Notes: generated by a model not told the origin, from the letters alone. A DNA stretch of 64,000 nucleotides from an uncultured bacterium (GCA_963825135.1 CAWGRW010000010.1:1-64000), one strand, 5' to 3'; shown: positions 10,784 through 21,808, counted from the first letter of the stretch. Made by a program: numbers and translations.

Positions 10784-11569
10784 ATGGCACTCTCGGTACT
10801 CATGACATACGAGCCTCTGGAGAAGACAGGGGATAAATACGAATACTGGCGAGGCTACATATCCTTCTACGAGCAGTTCAAGGACGGCCCGGCCACGCCG
10901 AATACCGCCTGGTACGGGAGCGAGTACGACGCCTTCAGGGAGTCCCTTTCGAAAGCGCTCGGCATAGAAAAGCACCTGATAGAGGAATGCTTTTTCATGA
11001 AGGACGAGGAAGGGAAGTACTATGTCACGCCCATAGGCTCGAGCGCGAACCCGAACATATTCAGCGCTGAGAATTTCATCCCCCTCGAATGGTTCCTCAT
11101 GTACGACGGGGCGGAAAAGAGCTATTTCTTCACCCACACCGGGTTCGGCGCCATACGCCAGGATTCCATCTATTATAAGACCAGGGTAGAAAAGGCGCTC
11201 GGGAGGCTGGACGCGGCCATGAACGATATTGATACGTTCCTGGATTCTCCCGCCGCGCGGACGAGTGCGGCCCTCGCGGAAAGACTGGGCGACCTCAAAT
11301 CAGGGGCGGGGAACCTCCGGCACTGGCTCTCGGGCTTCGACCCGGGGAGCTTCGTCGTGCTCAATTACGGGGAGATGAGCGCTCGAATATCAGCCGGTTC
11401 TATGAAGAACGAGGACTCGGTATCGGAGCTCCGGAGCGTCCTCGCTCTCGCCCGCGAAGGCAGCGCCGGGGACGCGGAAAAGGTGCTCGCAGCGCTGCTC
11501 GCCAGGTGGGACTCGATAAACCGCTCGTTTACGCCCGACGAAGAGAAGCGCACGTCAACGCTGCAGTAG
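10784..11569 (+). CDS. Hypothetical protein
   Basis: 261-aa ORF with coding-like codon use and AGGA RBS, directly downstream of phr. Confidence 0.65.
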   Translation: MALSVLMTYEPLEKTGDKYEYWRGYISFYEQFKDGPATPNTAWYGSEYDAFRESLSKALGIEKHLIEECFFMKDEEGKYYVTPIGSSANPNIFSAENFIPLEWFLMYDGAEKSYFFTHTGFGAIRQDSIYYKTRVEKALGRLDAAMNDIDTFLDSPAARTSAALAERLGDLKSGAGNLRHWLSGFDPGSFVVLNYGEMSARISAGSMKNEDSVSELRSVLALAREGSAGDAEKVLAALLARWDSINRSFTPDEEKRTSTLQ

Positions 11570-11614
11570 GGAACCCTATGGACCTGCTCCTACATGGAGT
11601 CGGTCCTCCACCTT

Positions 11615-11637
11615 GCAGGAGCGGCTTCCAGCCGCGA
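11615..11637. repeat. GTAG-like REP palindrome (also 20081-20104 inverted, ~23538-23556, ~45702-45723)
   Basis: Recurring intergenic (g)caggagcggcttccagccgcga. Confidence 0.65.
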
Positions 11638-11848
11638 ACAAAAATCACTATTCTCCAAAGGATTTCCGACAATCCGACAAACGCCCGGGGCATATACCTC
11701 TGCGGACCTGTCGGAGAGTCGGAAGCGCCGCGATTCCGGCAGGGGGCGGGACTTCCGGGAGCCATCCCCGTCTCGAACCGACCGTTATTATATGAAGTAT
11801 TCCCCGGCAGGCATCGCGCAAGACCAAGGAGCCGTATCTACGCAGTAT

Positions 11849-12940
11849 CTATGGATTGATAGTATCTATTTGAGAATGCAGGGCGCCCAAAACGTCGCTG
11901 ATACGATTTGCGAATGTAACGGTTTGCGACCCGGCAAAAAGGAGCCCGACCGGTCTCCTGCGGCCTAAAGAATCCATGCCGCCCAGTATGGGAGACCCGG
12001 AGTCCCCCGGCGCCGAGAAGCTGCCCGGAACAATAGCTATCTGACCTACGAACTTGGCTGTCCCGCATGCGCCGTAAGATACATTTCCGGTGACGTTAAT
12101 CGTTTGTATCGTACCCTGCGTAAATCCTGTAGTCCTGCCGCTTTTCCGGACCGACAGGTTAACTGCCGGAGCCTGTACCGTTGGGCTCGGATCGCCAATG
12201 TCCAGTATGGTTTTATTTACCAGGCTGCGATTGCTTGACACAAAAACCGCATCCACTGTATTTTGATAAGACCCCCCCATGATAAGAGGGACCGCCTGGA
12301 CCAGGCCTCCGATGGAGGACACGCAGCCGCCGCCATCGGGGAGGGAGGGCTGACACTGACCCAGGCCAAACGGAGGCAAATTTGTGGGGTTAATCTTAAC
12401 CGGGCAATGATTCGGACCCGAGCTTCCGGCGATGTGGTTGTTTGTGATGTAGCCCACTATGTTTGGCTGTCCCAGCCGAAATACTCTATATCCCAGAGTC
12501 CCGATCTCAACAAATCCCCCGGCTACGATGACATTGCTGGTGGATACGCCCATAGGAACGGGGAGGGCAAATACCTGCTGATGATTACTTCCCGGCGGAC
12601 CGTCGAATGCCTTAATCTCGTCTGTTTCGAATACCCTCACAGGTACGCCGTCTATCCGGCTCGAAATGGCGGAAGCCGAAGCTCTTGGGGCGTCCGCATT
12701 TAAGTAGACGTGTATGGCCGGCCCGCTCCCATCCTCGGCTAAACCCACTCCTACCGCAACCACGCCCGGGATACCAAGGAGCTTGTTTTCATTTTTACTT
12801 TGAACCTTCATAGCCGGCCGTAGTTCTTCTTCGCTCACTACCTGGCTCAATACTTGAGCGAAAACCAGATCTGCAAAGTACAGAGAAAACCCTAATATAA
12901 GAACTACGAGAAAAAACATGCTAAATACAAAACGTTTCAT
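11849..12940 (-). CDS. Secreted trypsin-like serine protease (Nal1-like)
   Basis: Signal peptide MKRFVF..; TNNHI (His), VDA (Asp), GDSGS (Ser); KSGRTTGFT motif. Confidence 0.75.
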   Translation of the reverse strand: MKRFVFSMFFLVVLILGFSLYFADLVFAQVLSQVVSEEELRPAMKVQSKNENKLLGIPGVVAVGVGLAEDGSGPAIHVYLNADAPRASASAISSRIDGVPVRVFETDEIKAFDGPPGSNHQQVFALPVPMGVSTSNVIVAGGFVEIGTLGYRVFRLGQPNIVGYITNNHIAGSSGPNHCPVKINPTNLPPFGLGQCQPSLPDGGGCVSSIGGLVQAVPLIMGGSYQNTVDAVFVSSNRSLVNKTILDIGDPSPTVQAPAVNLSVRKSGRTTGFTQGTIQTINVTGNVSYGACGTAKFVGQIAIVPGSFSAPGDSGSPILGGMDSLGRRRPVGLLFAGSQTVTFANRISDVLGALHSQIDTINP

Positions 12941-13356
12941 CTTACTGCCCCCCCTTTTCTCCCGACCTAAGCGGGGTCGGAAAATTTGTTTTATTAAACC
13001 CATTTCATGCACAAGCCGTACCGGGCAAATTAGAGATTTCCGACGTTATGGAACGCGTTTTCACATACTCCTCCGGCGTCGTGTTATTCAGCGCCGAACG
13101 GGGTCTTAACTCATTGTCAGTCCCTCCCCCAAGTCTCTATCTTTTCTCCCGCGTCGTCAAGGGACGGGACGTCTGAGCGGAATTTCCATCCCAAGCCGTA
13201 CTCAATATTCTATAATCCGGATCGCTTCATGCAGACCGCGCGGATATATTTCCCTGATTAAATAATGTATTTACACATTTACCGCTATTTGCTATCATGG
13301 GGATGGAGGCGGTGGGTTTTACCAAACATATAAAACTTACGGGGGGGGATTACATC

Positions 13357-14424
13357 ATGAGACACTTATTTAGAACGGTATTTTTCGCCGCTTTATTCGC
13401 GGCGTCGAGCGCGTTTCTAGCGCAATCGGCATTCGCCGTGTTCTTCTGCAACGGCTTCCCGGCAACGATCGTCGGCTCGCCTTTCGGCGATTTGATAGTG
13501 GGCACGCCCTTCAGAGACGTGATAGTCGGGCTCGGAGGTGACGACGACATACGCAGCGTGGGCGGCAACGACGTAGTGTGCGGAGGCCTCGGGAACGATA
13601 CCATCAGATTGGGAGCCGGCAATGACCAGGGGTTCGGAGGATCGGGGAACGATACGATTTTCGGCCAGCCCGGAAACGATCTCGTCGTGGGCGGCGTCGG
13701 GAACGATACGTTAAGAGGCAACAACGGCAACGATAATGTGAACGGCGCCGGCGGCACGGACGACTGCCAGGGCAACGCGGGCATCAATAATATACTCAAC
13801 TGCGAGAACGGGCCTGCGATATGCCAGAGCCCGCCCTTGAATACGAATTTCAGCAACCTGGGGGTCTACTTCGTGGACACGGTTAATTCCGTTCTGCTCG
13901 GACTCTCCTCCGATGGGTTCAACGTAGTCATGCTACTGACCGATATTCCGTTCAACGGAGCCGCTATCGGAATATTCGCCTTTGAGACCTCTCAAACTCA
14001 CTGTATCGTGGATGCGGGGGTCGCGGACCTCGACATGGACGGCAGCTTCGATAACGATCCAATTTTCGAAGCTACCGGCGCATGCGATCTGCTCATGAGC
14101 AGGACGTATCTCCTGCTGGACAACCTCGTTATAGGGGGCGTTCCGCTCGGAGCCGATGTTACGGGCCAATGCTCTGAAATCCATCCCTTTGATGTTTCGG
14201 CATCGAGAGCGGAGCAGGGTTCGACCGAGGCCATGACAGAGGGCCTCGAAGAAGGCATATCCCGCATACAGGGAGAGATGGCCGAGGACATTGAGGAACG
14301 AAAACGGGGACGTGAGCGGGGACGAGGGGTTGCTGAAGGACTTCGAGCGCAATCTGCAAGAGTAATATCAGATACCGACAATAAAGAATTCGGACGACAG
14401 AGGCATGAAACGGGGCGCGGCTGA
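13357..14424 (+). CDS. Secreted calcium-binding protein with RTX/hemolysin-type repeats; C-terminus possibly frameshifted
   Basis: Signal peptide then repeated GGxGxD nonapeptides (GGLGNDTIR, GGSGNDTIF, GGVGNDTLR). Confidence 0.75.
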   Translation: MRHLFRTVFFAALFAASSAFLAQSAFAVFFCNGFPATIVGSPFGDLIVGTPFRDVIVGLGGDDDIRSVGGNDVVCGGLGNDTIRLGAGNDQGFGGSGNDTIFGQPGNDLVVGGVGNDTLRGNNGNDNVNGAGGTDDCQGNAGINNILNCENGPAICQSPPLNTNFSNLGVYFVDTVNSVLLGLSSDGFNVVMLLTDIPFNGAAIGIFAFETSQTHCIVDAGVADLDMDGSFDNDPIFEATGACDLLMSRTYLLLDNLVIGGVPLGADVTGQCSEIHPFDVSASRAEQGSTEAMTEGLEEGISRIQGEMAEDIEERKRGRERGRGVAEGLRAQSARVISDTDNKEFGRQRHETGRG

Positions 14425-14702
14425 GTCCGGGCCCCGTCGTTCCTCTATCCGGACACTTCTCGGCCCGGACCCGCCTTGCCGATTATCGGACACCGGGCAA
14501 TCCCACGCCAAAGAATTTACTCCCAGCCGTCTTTCGACCGTAGCTGGCACGCTCGGTGCGCGCCTTGCGAACGACACCGTCGAGGTCTCAACCGCCGGCC
14601 CCGGCAGGGCAGGCGGAACGAGCCCGCGCCGGCGCGGAGCCCGCGTAAAATATTACGGCAAAATACGGAATAATATGTTACATTTTAACCATACAGGGGA
14701 GA

Positions 14703-15320
14703 ATGATGAGAAAGTTAATCCTTATACTACCGTTTCTTATAATCGCGGGCTGCACCAACAAGAGCGTATACGTCCCGGCATCCTACAGGGTGAAGAAAGA
14801 CACGCTGCCCGCCGATAAAGTCGATAGAGAAGACGCCGTCGTGACCGCGGGGAAAAAAGAAGAGGACATACATTTTAACTCCCCCTACGACAAGGTGTTC
14901 AGCGCGGCGGTGGCGAGCGTGGAATTCCTCAAGTGGCCGGTCGCCTTCGCCGAGCAGGAGGATGGTTCGATACGGCTCAAGGAAGCGTACGTTTACAACA
15001 AGAACGGGAAGCTTTTCCGGTCCTACGTGTACCCGTCGAAATCCGACACCAGCGGCTCGAATATAAATTATTATCTGGAGAAGGTGGCCAAATATAGTTC
15101 GGGGACCGCCGACACAATTTATACACAGGAGAATCTCAAGATCACGATTAAAAAGGTCACGGACGTCAAGACCGACGTAAAGATAGATTATTCGATCAGG
15201 CCCTACACACTCAACGGCGTTATAGGGTACGAGGTAATATCGAACGGCTACATAGAAACGCTGATCGTAGACCACATGAAGGACATCCTCGGCGGAAAGC
15301 CCGTAGCGATGAACAAGTGA
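14703..15320 (+). CDS. Hypothetical lipoprotein
   Basis: Lipobox IAGC after a hydrophobic signal; GGGGAG RBS. Confidence 0.7.
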   Translation: MMRKLILILPFLIIAGCTNKSVYVPASYRVKKDTLPADKVDREDAVVTAGKKEEDIHFNSPYDKVFSAAVASVEFLKWPVAFAEQEDGSIRLKEAYVYNKNGKLFRSYVYPSKSDTSGSNINYYLEKVAKYSSGTADTIYTQENLKITIKKVTDVKTDVKIDYSIRPYTLNGVIGYEVISNGYIETLIVDHMKDILGGKPVAMNK

Positions 15321-15499
15321 TGACAACCCTCCTCGTCGCACTCGGCATACTCGCGGCGTTTGGCGCCCTCTTCTGGCTCGACCGGTATTACAGGGACACG
15401 GGGGCGGGAAACGAAGGGGAGAGTCCCGAGGCGCCCGGGACGGGCGGGGACGATTCCGAACCTCAATCTAAGACTCCATGAAGCCTCGGGCAGGGATAT

Positions 15500-16505
15500 T
15501 TACGGTTTATACAGGCCCATCTTCGTAATAATCTCGTCCATGTTCCCGTGGGCGGCCCGATTGGCTTTCTTAGTGCCCTCCCTGAGCACCTCCCTCACGT
15601 AGTCGGGCCTATTCTCGAACTCGCGCCTCTTCTCCCGTATGGGTTCGAGGAGCTGGTTGATCGCGCGGGAGAGCTTCTTCTTCACCTCGACGTCCCCGAC
15701 GCTGCCCGTCCTGTACCTCTGCTTCAAGTCCTCCACCTCTTCCTTATCCGTATTGAACGCGTCGTGGTAAACGAACACCGGGTTTCCCTCGACTGTGCCG
15801 GGTATGTCCGCGCGTATGCGCTTGGGGTCGGTGTACATCGATCCTTACGCGGGCCTCCACTTCCTTCGGATCGTCGGAGAGGTATATGCAGTTATCCAGG
15901 CTCTTAGACATCTTCCTGTTGCCGTCCGTGCCGACGAGGCGCGAGGTCTCGCTGATGACGGGCTCGGGCTCCTTGAAGAACTCGCCGTAGAGGAAATTGA
16001 AGCGCCTCGCGAGCTCGCGCGTGAGCTCGACGTGGCTCAGCTGGTCTTCCCCCACGGGGACCTTCTCCGCCTTGAACATCAGTATGTCCGCCGCCATGAG
16101 CACCGGGTATCCGAGCAGGCCGACCGAGTAATTCTCCCCCACTCCCATGTCCTGCACCTTTTCCTTGAGCGTGGGTATCCTCTCCGCCCGCGGCACGCCG
16201 CAGAACATGGCGAGTATCGCGTAGAGCTCCATGATGTAGGGTATCTGGGACTGGACGTAGAACGTGGACTTGTCCGGGTCCATGCCGACCGAGAGCCAGT
16301 CCGTAACCATCTCGAGCGTGTTGCGCTCGACCTCGCCTACCCTGTCGTAATGCGTGGTGAGCATGTGGAGGTCGGCCACGAGGAAGTGACAGTCGTAGTC
16401 GTCCTGGAACTTGACGCGGTTAAGGAGCGAGCCTACGAGGTGCCCCAGGTGGAGCCTCCCGGTGGGCCTGTCCCCCGTGACCAGAATCGGTTTACCCTTA
16501 GACAT
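15500..16505 (-). CDS. trpS: Tryptophan--tRNA ligase split by a +1 frameshift near 15840 (likely sequence error)
   Basis: [36 protein letters not shown]-terminal [15 protein letters not shown] in the adjacent frame. Confidence 0.93.
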
Positions 16506-16655
16506 TAATTCGATACTCCTTCTCTCTTATCCGGCTGATTTTGGGGATTAATATACACGGACGGGAGGGAAAAGTGGAGAAAGGGGAAAGGGTTTGAAAA
16601 GATTAAATGCACGGGATTGACGAAAAATGAGCCTGAAATGGTATAATTAGAAACT

Positions 16656-16946
16656 ATGACCAGACGGGAAATAATCGAGAATCTAAGAAACCTGAAGGAA
16701 GAGGCATCCAGGAATTACAAGGCCGAGATTCTGGGAATATTCGGCTCATATGCAAGAGAGGAGTTTCGTGAGGGGAGCGACCTTGATGTACTCGTGAGGT
16801 TCGGCAGCGGGGCTTCATTGTTCGACCTATCCGGCTTAACCGAATACCTGGAGGAGAAACTGAGGATTAAGGTAGATGTTCTTTCCGAAAGAGCCCTCCG
16901 AAGTGAAATCAAGGACAAGATACTTTCAGATACCGTGTATTTATGA
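16656..16946 (+). CDS. mntA: Minimal nucleotidyltransferase (MNT) antitoxin
   Basis: GS-x10-DxD motif ([16 protein letters not shown]); overlaps downstream HEPN gene (ATGA). Confidence 0.85.
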   Translation: MTRREIIENLRNLKEEASRNYKAEILGIFGSYAREEFREGSDLDVLVRFGSGASLFDLSGLTEYLEEKLRIKVDVLSERALRSEIKDKILSDTVYL

Positions 16947-17290
16947 GCAGGGACTCGACGCTATTTCTCCACGATATCCTGAATTCCTGCAATCATATCC
17001 TTGAATTTACAAGAAACCATAATTTCGAAACCTTCATCAAAGATGAGAAAACATCGAGCGCTGTAATCAGGAAGCTCGAGATCATCGGCGAAGCGGCAAA
17101 ACGGATACCGGATGAAATAAAATTCAGATATAAAGATATTCCCTGGAAAAAAATGGCTGGTATGAGGGATAATTTAACTCATGCTTATTTTGGCGTTGAT
17201 TATGATCTAGTATGGCAAACCATAACTAACGATATTCCAGAGATCATCAATGACGTTATAAAAATTCTCGACGATCGTAATACCAATTAA
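16943..17290 (+). CDS. hepT: HEPN/DUF86 toxin
   Basis: [26 protein letters not shown] (R-x4-H-x-Y). Confidence 0.85.
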   Translation: MSRDSTLFLHDILNSCNHILEFTRNHNFETFIKDEKTSSAVIRKLEIIGEAAKRIPDEIKFRYKDIPWKKMAGMRDNLTHAYFGVDYDLVWQTITNDIPEIINDVIKILDDRNTN

Positions 17291-17302
17291 TATTCAAGAA
17301 CA

Positions 17303-17749
17303 TTGAACCCCTCCGGAAGAAAACAAATCTTCTCGATCGGGCATTCGAACAGGACGCTCGTTGAGTTCATCGACATACTCAAGGGCTTCGGCATAGAGGC
17401 GCTCGCCGACATAAGGAGCCGCCCAAGCTCGAAGCGGAACCCGCACTTCGACAGGGAGTCGCTCGAAAGGGAGCTTCCGGCAAGCGGCATAGAGTACCTG
17501 TGGATAAAGTCTCTCGGCGGGATGCGCGAAGGGAGTTACGAGGAACACATGAATACGCCTTCCTTCGCCGACGGGTTAGACGCTCTCGTCTCCGCCGCGG
17601 AGGAGAAAAAGACCGCGTTCATGTGCGCTGAGCTTGACTGGAGGAGCTGCCACAGGGGCTTCGTCTCGCACGCGCTCCATAAGCTCGGGTGGGAGGTAGT
17701 GCACGTCTACGACGGGAATGAATCCGAGACCCACTCCGGGTTATTTTGA
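17303..17749 (+). CDS. DUF488-family protein
   Basis: IFSIGHSNR, LADIRSRPSS, MCAE..CHR motifs. Confidence 0.8.
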   Translation: MNPSGRKQIFSIGHSNRTLVEFIDILKGFGIEALADIRSRPSSKRNPHFDRESLERELPASGIEYLWIKSLGGMREGSYEEHMNTPSFADGLDALVSAAEEKKTAFMCAELDWRSCHRGFVSHALHKLGWEVVHVYDGNESETHSGLF

Positions 17750-18419
17750 TTTATCCGCGTCCGGGGCGGGCGCAGGCTGAGGCTTCCTGGCCTCGGACGG
17801 TTTGAACCCGCAGACAAAATCCGCGATGTCGCCGCTCACCGAATTTGCCGGAATCTTGCTCTTGTTGGTAGCGATGTTTTCCATGTAGACCATCCTGCCG
17901 AGGGAGTCGTAGAACTTCGAGGACTTGTACGAATAGGTCTTGGCGGCGCAGTCGATCGACGACGAAATCATGACCTCCCTGTAAACGAGCCCGTCCGAGT
18001 CCTTCTGGTCTTCCTTGAATACGAGCTTGCTCCAGGAATAAACCTCGCCTTCTATCGTGATTGATGGTGGATGTATCGACGTAGACCGTGAACTTCCTCT
18101 CGGCGTCGATGTCCGTGACGAGAAACCACGTATCCTCGTCGCGGGAGGCGGACGCCACGTATATGCCCGACGGCAAGGGGGCCTCCCCTTCCGCACCCGG
18201 GGCTTCCGGGCCGCTTTCCCGGGCGGCGGCCGACGTCCCCGGCGTTACGGCGTCCGTATTGATAACGGGCCCGTCCATGTCTTTTGCCGCGCAGGATACG
18301 AGGCAGGCCGCAAGGCAGAGCGCCAGCGCCGGCGGCGCCTGCTTAAGCCCGTTGTATCCGGAGCCCTCAGACCTGATTATTAAACGAAGCGCGTTCAGAA
18401 ACCCGCTGATTTTTTTCAT
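17741..18419 (-). CDS. Putative lipoprotein (surface-adhesin-E-like C-terminal domain), frameshifted near 18060
   Basis: Lipobox LVSC; YVDTSTI joins YSWSKL..IDCAAKTY..DFVC in the other frame. Confidence 0.5.
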
Positions 18420-18510
18420 GGAATAAACCCCCGCTGCGCGGCCCCGGTTACGGACGCATCACCGCGGCATTATCACCGCGTATCGCTCATTCCCGCCGTG
18501 AGCGGGCCGG

Positions 18511-19101
18511 CTAATTCTTACTTTCCTGGGCCCCGGGCGTAAGCGTCCTCGCCGGCGCGTTTTTCATCGCGCCCTCGGGCCGATTATCGGGTTGTTTATT
18601 AGTCCTCATCTGAACGAGGTCGCTTCTGGATCTTGAAACCGATTTGCTTACGGCAGCATAATGTTCCCCGCCAATCGCGTCCCTGAGCGAGGCAATCGCG
18701 TCAACGTAGTTTCCGGAAACCTTCTTGTCCAGAGCCTCCGCCTTTCCCATCTCTTTCTTCACCGCGGCGAGATCGAAAGACGGGTCCTGGAGCATCTTCC
18801 TGATATCCAGATTAGTTCTTCTCAGATCTCTCTCGTCTTTGGACATCGAATCGACGTATTTGTCGCGGAGCTCCGTGACTTTAGCCTTCTGTCCGCCGGT
18901 GATATCACTACTCAGCGCCGCGGCGCACATTTCGTTCAGTCTCTTCGAATACATGCCGTAGAAATTCGCGCTCGGATGAATGTTATGACTGAATTTTTGC
19001 AGATCCGGCTGCTGTTTCGCGTTCCCCGTATCGGCCGCGTACGTGAGGCCCGCCGTCATCAGGGTAATAATCAAAGTCCATACTGCAATTCTCATTAACA
19101 C
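18511..19101 (-). CDS. Periplasmic Spy/CpxP-like helical protein
   Basis: Signal peptide; ITGGQKAKVTELR resembles LTxxQ; GGGAGG RBS. Confidence 0.55.
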   Translation of the reverse strand: MLMRIAVWTLIITLMTAGLTYAADTGNAKQQPDLQKFSHNIHPSANFYGMYSKRLNEMCAAALSSDITGGQKAKVTELRDKYVDSMSKDERDLRRTNLDIRKMLQDPSFDLAAVKKEMGKAEALDKKVSGNYVDAIASLRDAIGGEHYAAVSKSVSRSRSDLVQMRTNKQPDNRPEGAMKNAPARTLTPGAQESKN

Positions 19102-19290
19102 TACCTCCCGGGAGTCGTATGAAGCTATAGTCTAACCAATAACGGGCCGGTTTTCTCCGGAAATCTTTTACGGCGCTCCTATACGGCCGCCCGCACACCG
19201 GAATATCCGCGCCGGGCGTTCCTATCAGGACCCCGGATGCCGGAGAGAGCGCCCCGGTCCGGAACGGGCCGCCCGGAAATCCGGTATTCC

Positions 19291-19851
19291 CTACAGATAG
19301 GTCGCCTCAAGCTTCGTTATGCGCTCCAACCCGGACTCCCCGATAACGAACCTCGACAGATAGTACTCGGTCGGAGAGACCGCGCCCTGCCCCCTCTTCT
19401 GAAAAGCCGCCGTACAGTAGAGCACACTGCCGTCCGCGCTTGAGCCGTGGAGCGTGCTTATCCACATCCTTTCGAGCGAGGCGTCAACGGCCGCTCCGTC
19501 CGCCTGCGTGATGACGTCCGCCCGGCCCGTCCTCAGATCGATACGCTGGAGCGAGTGCCATTCGTACCCGTCGAATCGCTCTTTTGCCTTGCCCACCCGC
19601 ATCACGTTCGCGAATATATGCGGGGACGACGGGCACAGCACCGGGTCCTCGTAGCTGAGGGAGTCTTCCGAACGGGTGAGCCTCGCATACCTGCCGTCCG
19701 AAACGGGCTTGGCCCAGAGGCTCTTTAACCCGTAGCCGTTCCCTATCGATCTGAAGAAGTGGGCGACCATCGTTTCCGAAAGCGGGTCGTAAAAAAGCTG
19801 GAGGAAGCTGCTTTCCCCGGATATACCGATATTGTCCCAGTTAATAAGCAT
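19291..19851 (-). CDS. Hypothetical protein, paralog of 37868..38557
   Basis: Start re-assigned to MLINW; shares many blocks with the 37868 protein. Confidence 0.65.
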   Translation of the reverse strand: MLINWDNIGISGESSFLQLFYDPLSETMVAHFFRSIGNGYGLKSLWAKPVSDGRYARLTRSEDSLSYEDPVLCPSSPHIFANVMRVGKAKERFDGYEWHSLQRIDLRTGRADVITQADGAAVDASLERMWISTLHGSSADGSVLYCTAAFQKRGQGAVSPTEYYLSRFVIGESGLERITKLEATYL

Positions 19852-20187
19852 TGTTAACCTCGCAGTGAGTAAAGGATTTGGCGATATTCCGTTCCTGCCA
19901 CGGGCGCACGACAATTAAACAGTTGCATATGCGCTAAAAAGGATAGAACATTATTAACATTCTTATCGGTTTTGTAAAGTATTAATTAATCCGTAACCGC
20001 GAAATTCAGCGATTTTATGGAGAGGGGGGTGCGATGTATATGTACGCGGTTTTTGCGACAGAGGACGGACGGATTGTGTATCGCGGCTGGAAGCCGCTCC
20101 TACAATAATTTTGCAGGGGCGGGTTTGGTCCCGGTGGTTGGTCTAGCAGAGGATATCCGGAAAGATCACAGTACGTATGTGTGCGTA

Positions 20188-21234
20188 TCAGGGAGTGAGG
20201 ATGACCTTGATCGCGTTCTCCACCTTAGAGTCCATGAGCTCGTAACCCCTGGGGGTGTCCGTCAGAGGGAGGTCGTGCGTGATGATGAGCGTCGGGTCGA
20301 GCTTGCCGGATTCGATGAGGGGCATGAGCTTCCGTATATAATTCTTCGCAGGGCATACGCCGCCCCTGAACGTGAGGTCTTTGAGATAGAAATTCAGCAT
20401 CGGGATCGGGAGCTCCTGGAACATGAAACCGATGAAGGAGATTGTGCCTCCGGGCCTCGCTATTTTGATCGCGTCGAGCACGGCGCTCGTCGAGCCTATG
20501 CATTCGAGGGAGACGTCCGCCCCCTGGCCGTGGGTGATCTCCATTACCTTCGCCACCGCGTCTTCCTTCTTCGCGTTGATCGCGATATCGCACCCCATCT
20601 TCTTCGCGAGCTCAAGCCTGAAATCGTGGTGCCCGACCGTGATGATGCGGGAAGGCCCGAACAGCCTTGCCGAAGCGGTCGCGAGGAGTCCGAGCGGGCC
20701 GTCGCCGAAAACGACTACCGTATCGCCGGGTTTTATCCTCCCCCATTCGGCGCAGAAATAGGCGGTCGAGAGTATGTCGCCCAGGAACAGCGCCCTGTCG
20801 TCGGCGATGCCTTCAGGGATCAGCTCGAGCGTTGTGTCGGCGAGCGGGACCCTCACGTACTCCGCCTGGCCTCCCGAGAACCCTCCGAGCGCCTCGCCGA
20901 ATCCGAAGCATCCGCCCCCTCCCGTGCAGGAGGTCGGGTAGCCGTTTAAGCAGTTCCCGCAGTGCCCGCAGCTGACCCAGAACGGGGCAACGACCTTATC
21001 GCCTTTCTTGAAGTACCTGACTCCCTTGCCTACCTCCTCCACGATACCCATGAATTCGTGTCCCACTACGAAGCCCTGGTCGAGAGGAATGCTGCCCCGG
21101 TAGAAGTGCAGGTCAGAGCCGCATATTGCGCTCTTCGTTATCCTGAGTATTACGTCGTTCTGGTCCTTTATCTTGGGATCGGGCACTGTCTCGACCCTTA
21201 CGTCTCTGGCTCCGTGATAGACTGTGGCTTTCAT
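20188..21234 (-). CDS. Zinc-dependent alcohol dehydrogenase (MDR family)
   Basis: ICGSDLH, GHEFMG, CGHCGNC..C, GDGPLG. Confidence 0.92.
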   Translation of the reverse strand: MKATVYHGARDVRVETVPDPKIKDQNDVILRITKSAICGSDLHFYRGSIPLDQGFVVGHEFMGIVEEVGKGVRYFKKGDKVVAPFWVSCGHCGNCLNGYPTSCTGGGGCFGFGEALGGFSGGQAEYVRVPLADTTLELIPEGIADDRALFLGDILSTAYFCAEWGRIKPGDTVVVFGDGPLGLLATASARLFGPSRIITVGHHDFRLELAKKMGCDIAINAKKEDAVAKVMEITHGQGADVSLECIGSTSAVLDAIKIARPGGTISFIGFMFQELPIPMLNFYLKDLTFRGGVCPAKNYIRKLMPLIESGKLDPTLIITHDLPLTDTPRGYELMDSKVENAIKVILTP

Positions 21235-21335
21235 AGTGCGGTCTCCTTTTTTGTCCTATATGATAATGAATCCGTTTGCATATACAAAATCGTATTATCG
21301 ACCGATACGGGGGCGCGTCGCGCTCTTCATGACAT

Positions 21336-21692
21336 TTACAGATAATTCTCCATCCAGCGCCTGAGGAGGGAGAGCACGTATTCCTTTTCCTCGCCGGTAA
21401 GCGGGTGGCCTGAAGACGGTATGCCGTGCCATTTCATGAGGCACTTCCTGCAGCATGAGGCGGTCGCGTGCTGTGCGATGAACGCGGGGTGGTTCCGCAC
21501 GGGGGTCTGCTTGCCGTCGTTGGGAATGTCGGCCGGGGCGAGCCTTTCTTCGACGAATGCGCGTGCGTGCTCCATCACTTTCTCGATGCCCTTTTCCCTG
21601 AGATAGAGAAGCTCCCTGCCCCGGAGAGTGAACCGGGAGCGGAACGGGGATTTCTTTAATTTTTCGAACAGTAGATCGAGATCTTTCTGCAT
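21336..21692 (-). CDS. DUF4186-family protein
   Basis: SPFRSRF, NDGKQTP, HPAFIAQHATASCCRKCL.KWH. Confidence 0.85.
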   Translation of the reverse strand: MQKDLDLLFEKLKKSPFRSRFTLRGRELLYLREKGIEKVMEHARAFVEERLAPADIPNDGKQTPVRNHPAFIAQHATASCCRKCLMKWHGIPSSGHPLTGEEKEYVLSLLRRWMENYL

Positions 21693-21808
21693 ACTCGATT
21701 CAACGAAGCGGAAAAATACAATATCACTATATTAACATGCGCCGGGTCAAGCAGCCTGACAGCAAGCAGGAGTAATATTAGTGATTTATTGCGGTTAAGA
21801 AAAATTAT

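Noticed and set aside
15500..16505. trpS pseudogene or programmed frameshift
   Set aside because: Single extra base, no slippery site, motifs intact, and similar indels occur throughout the window
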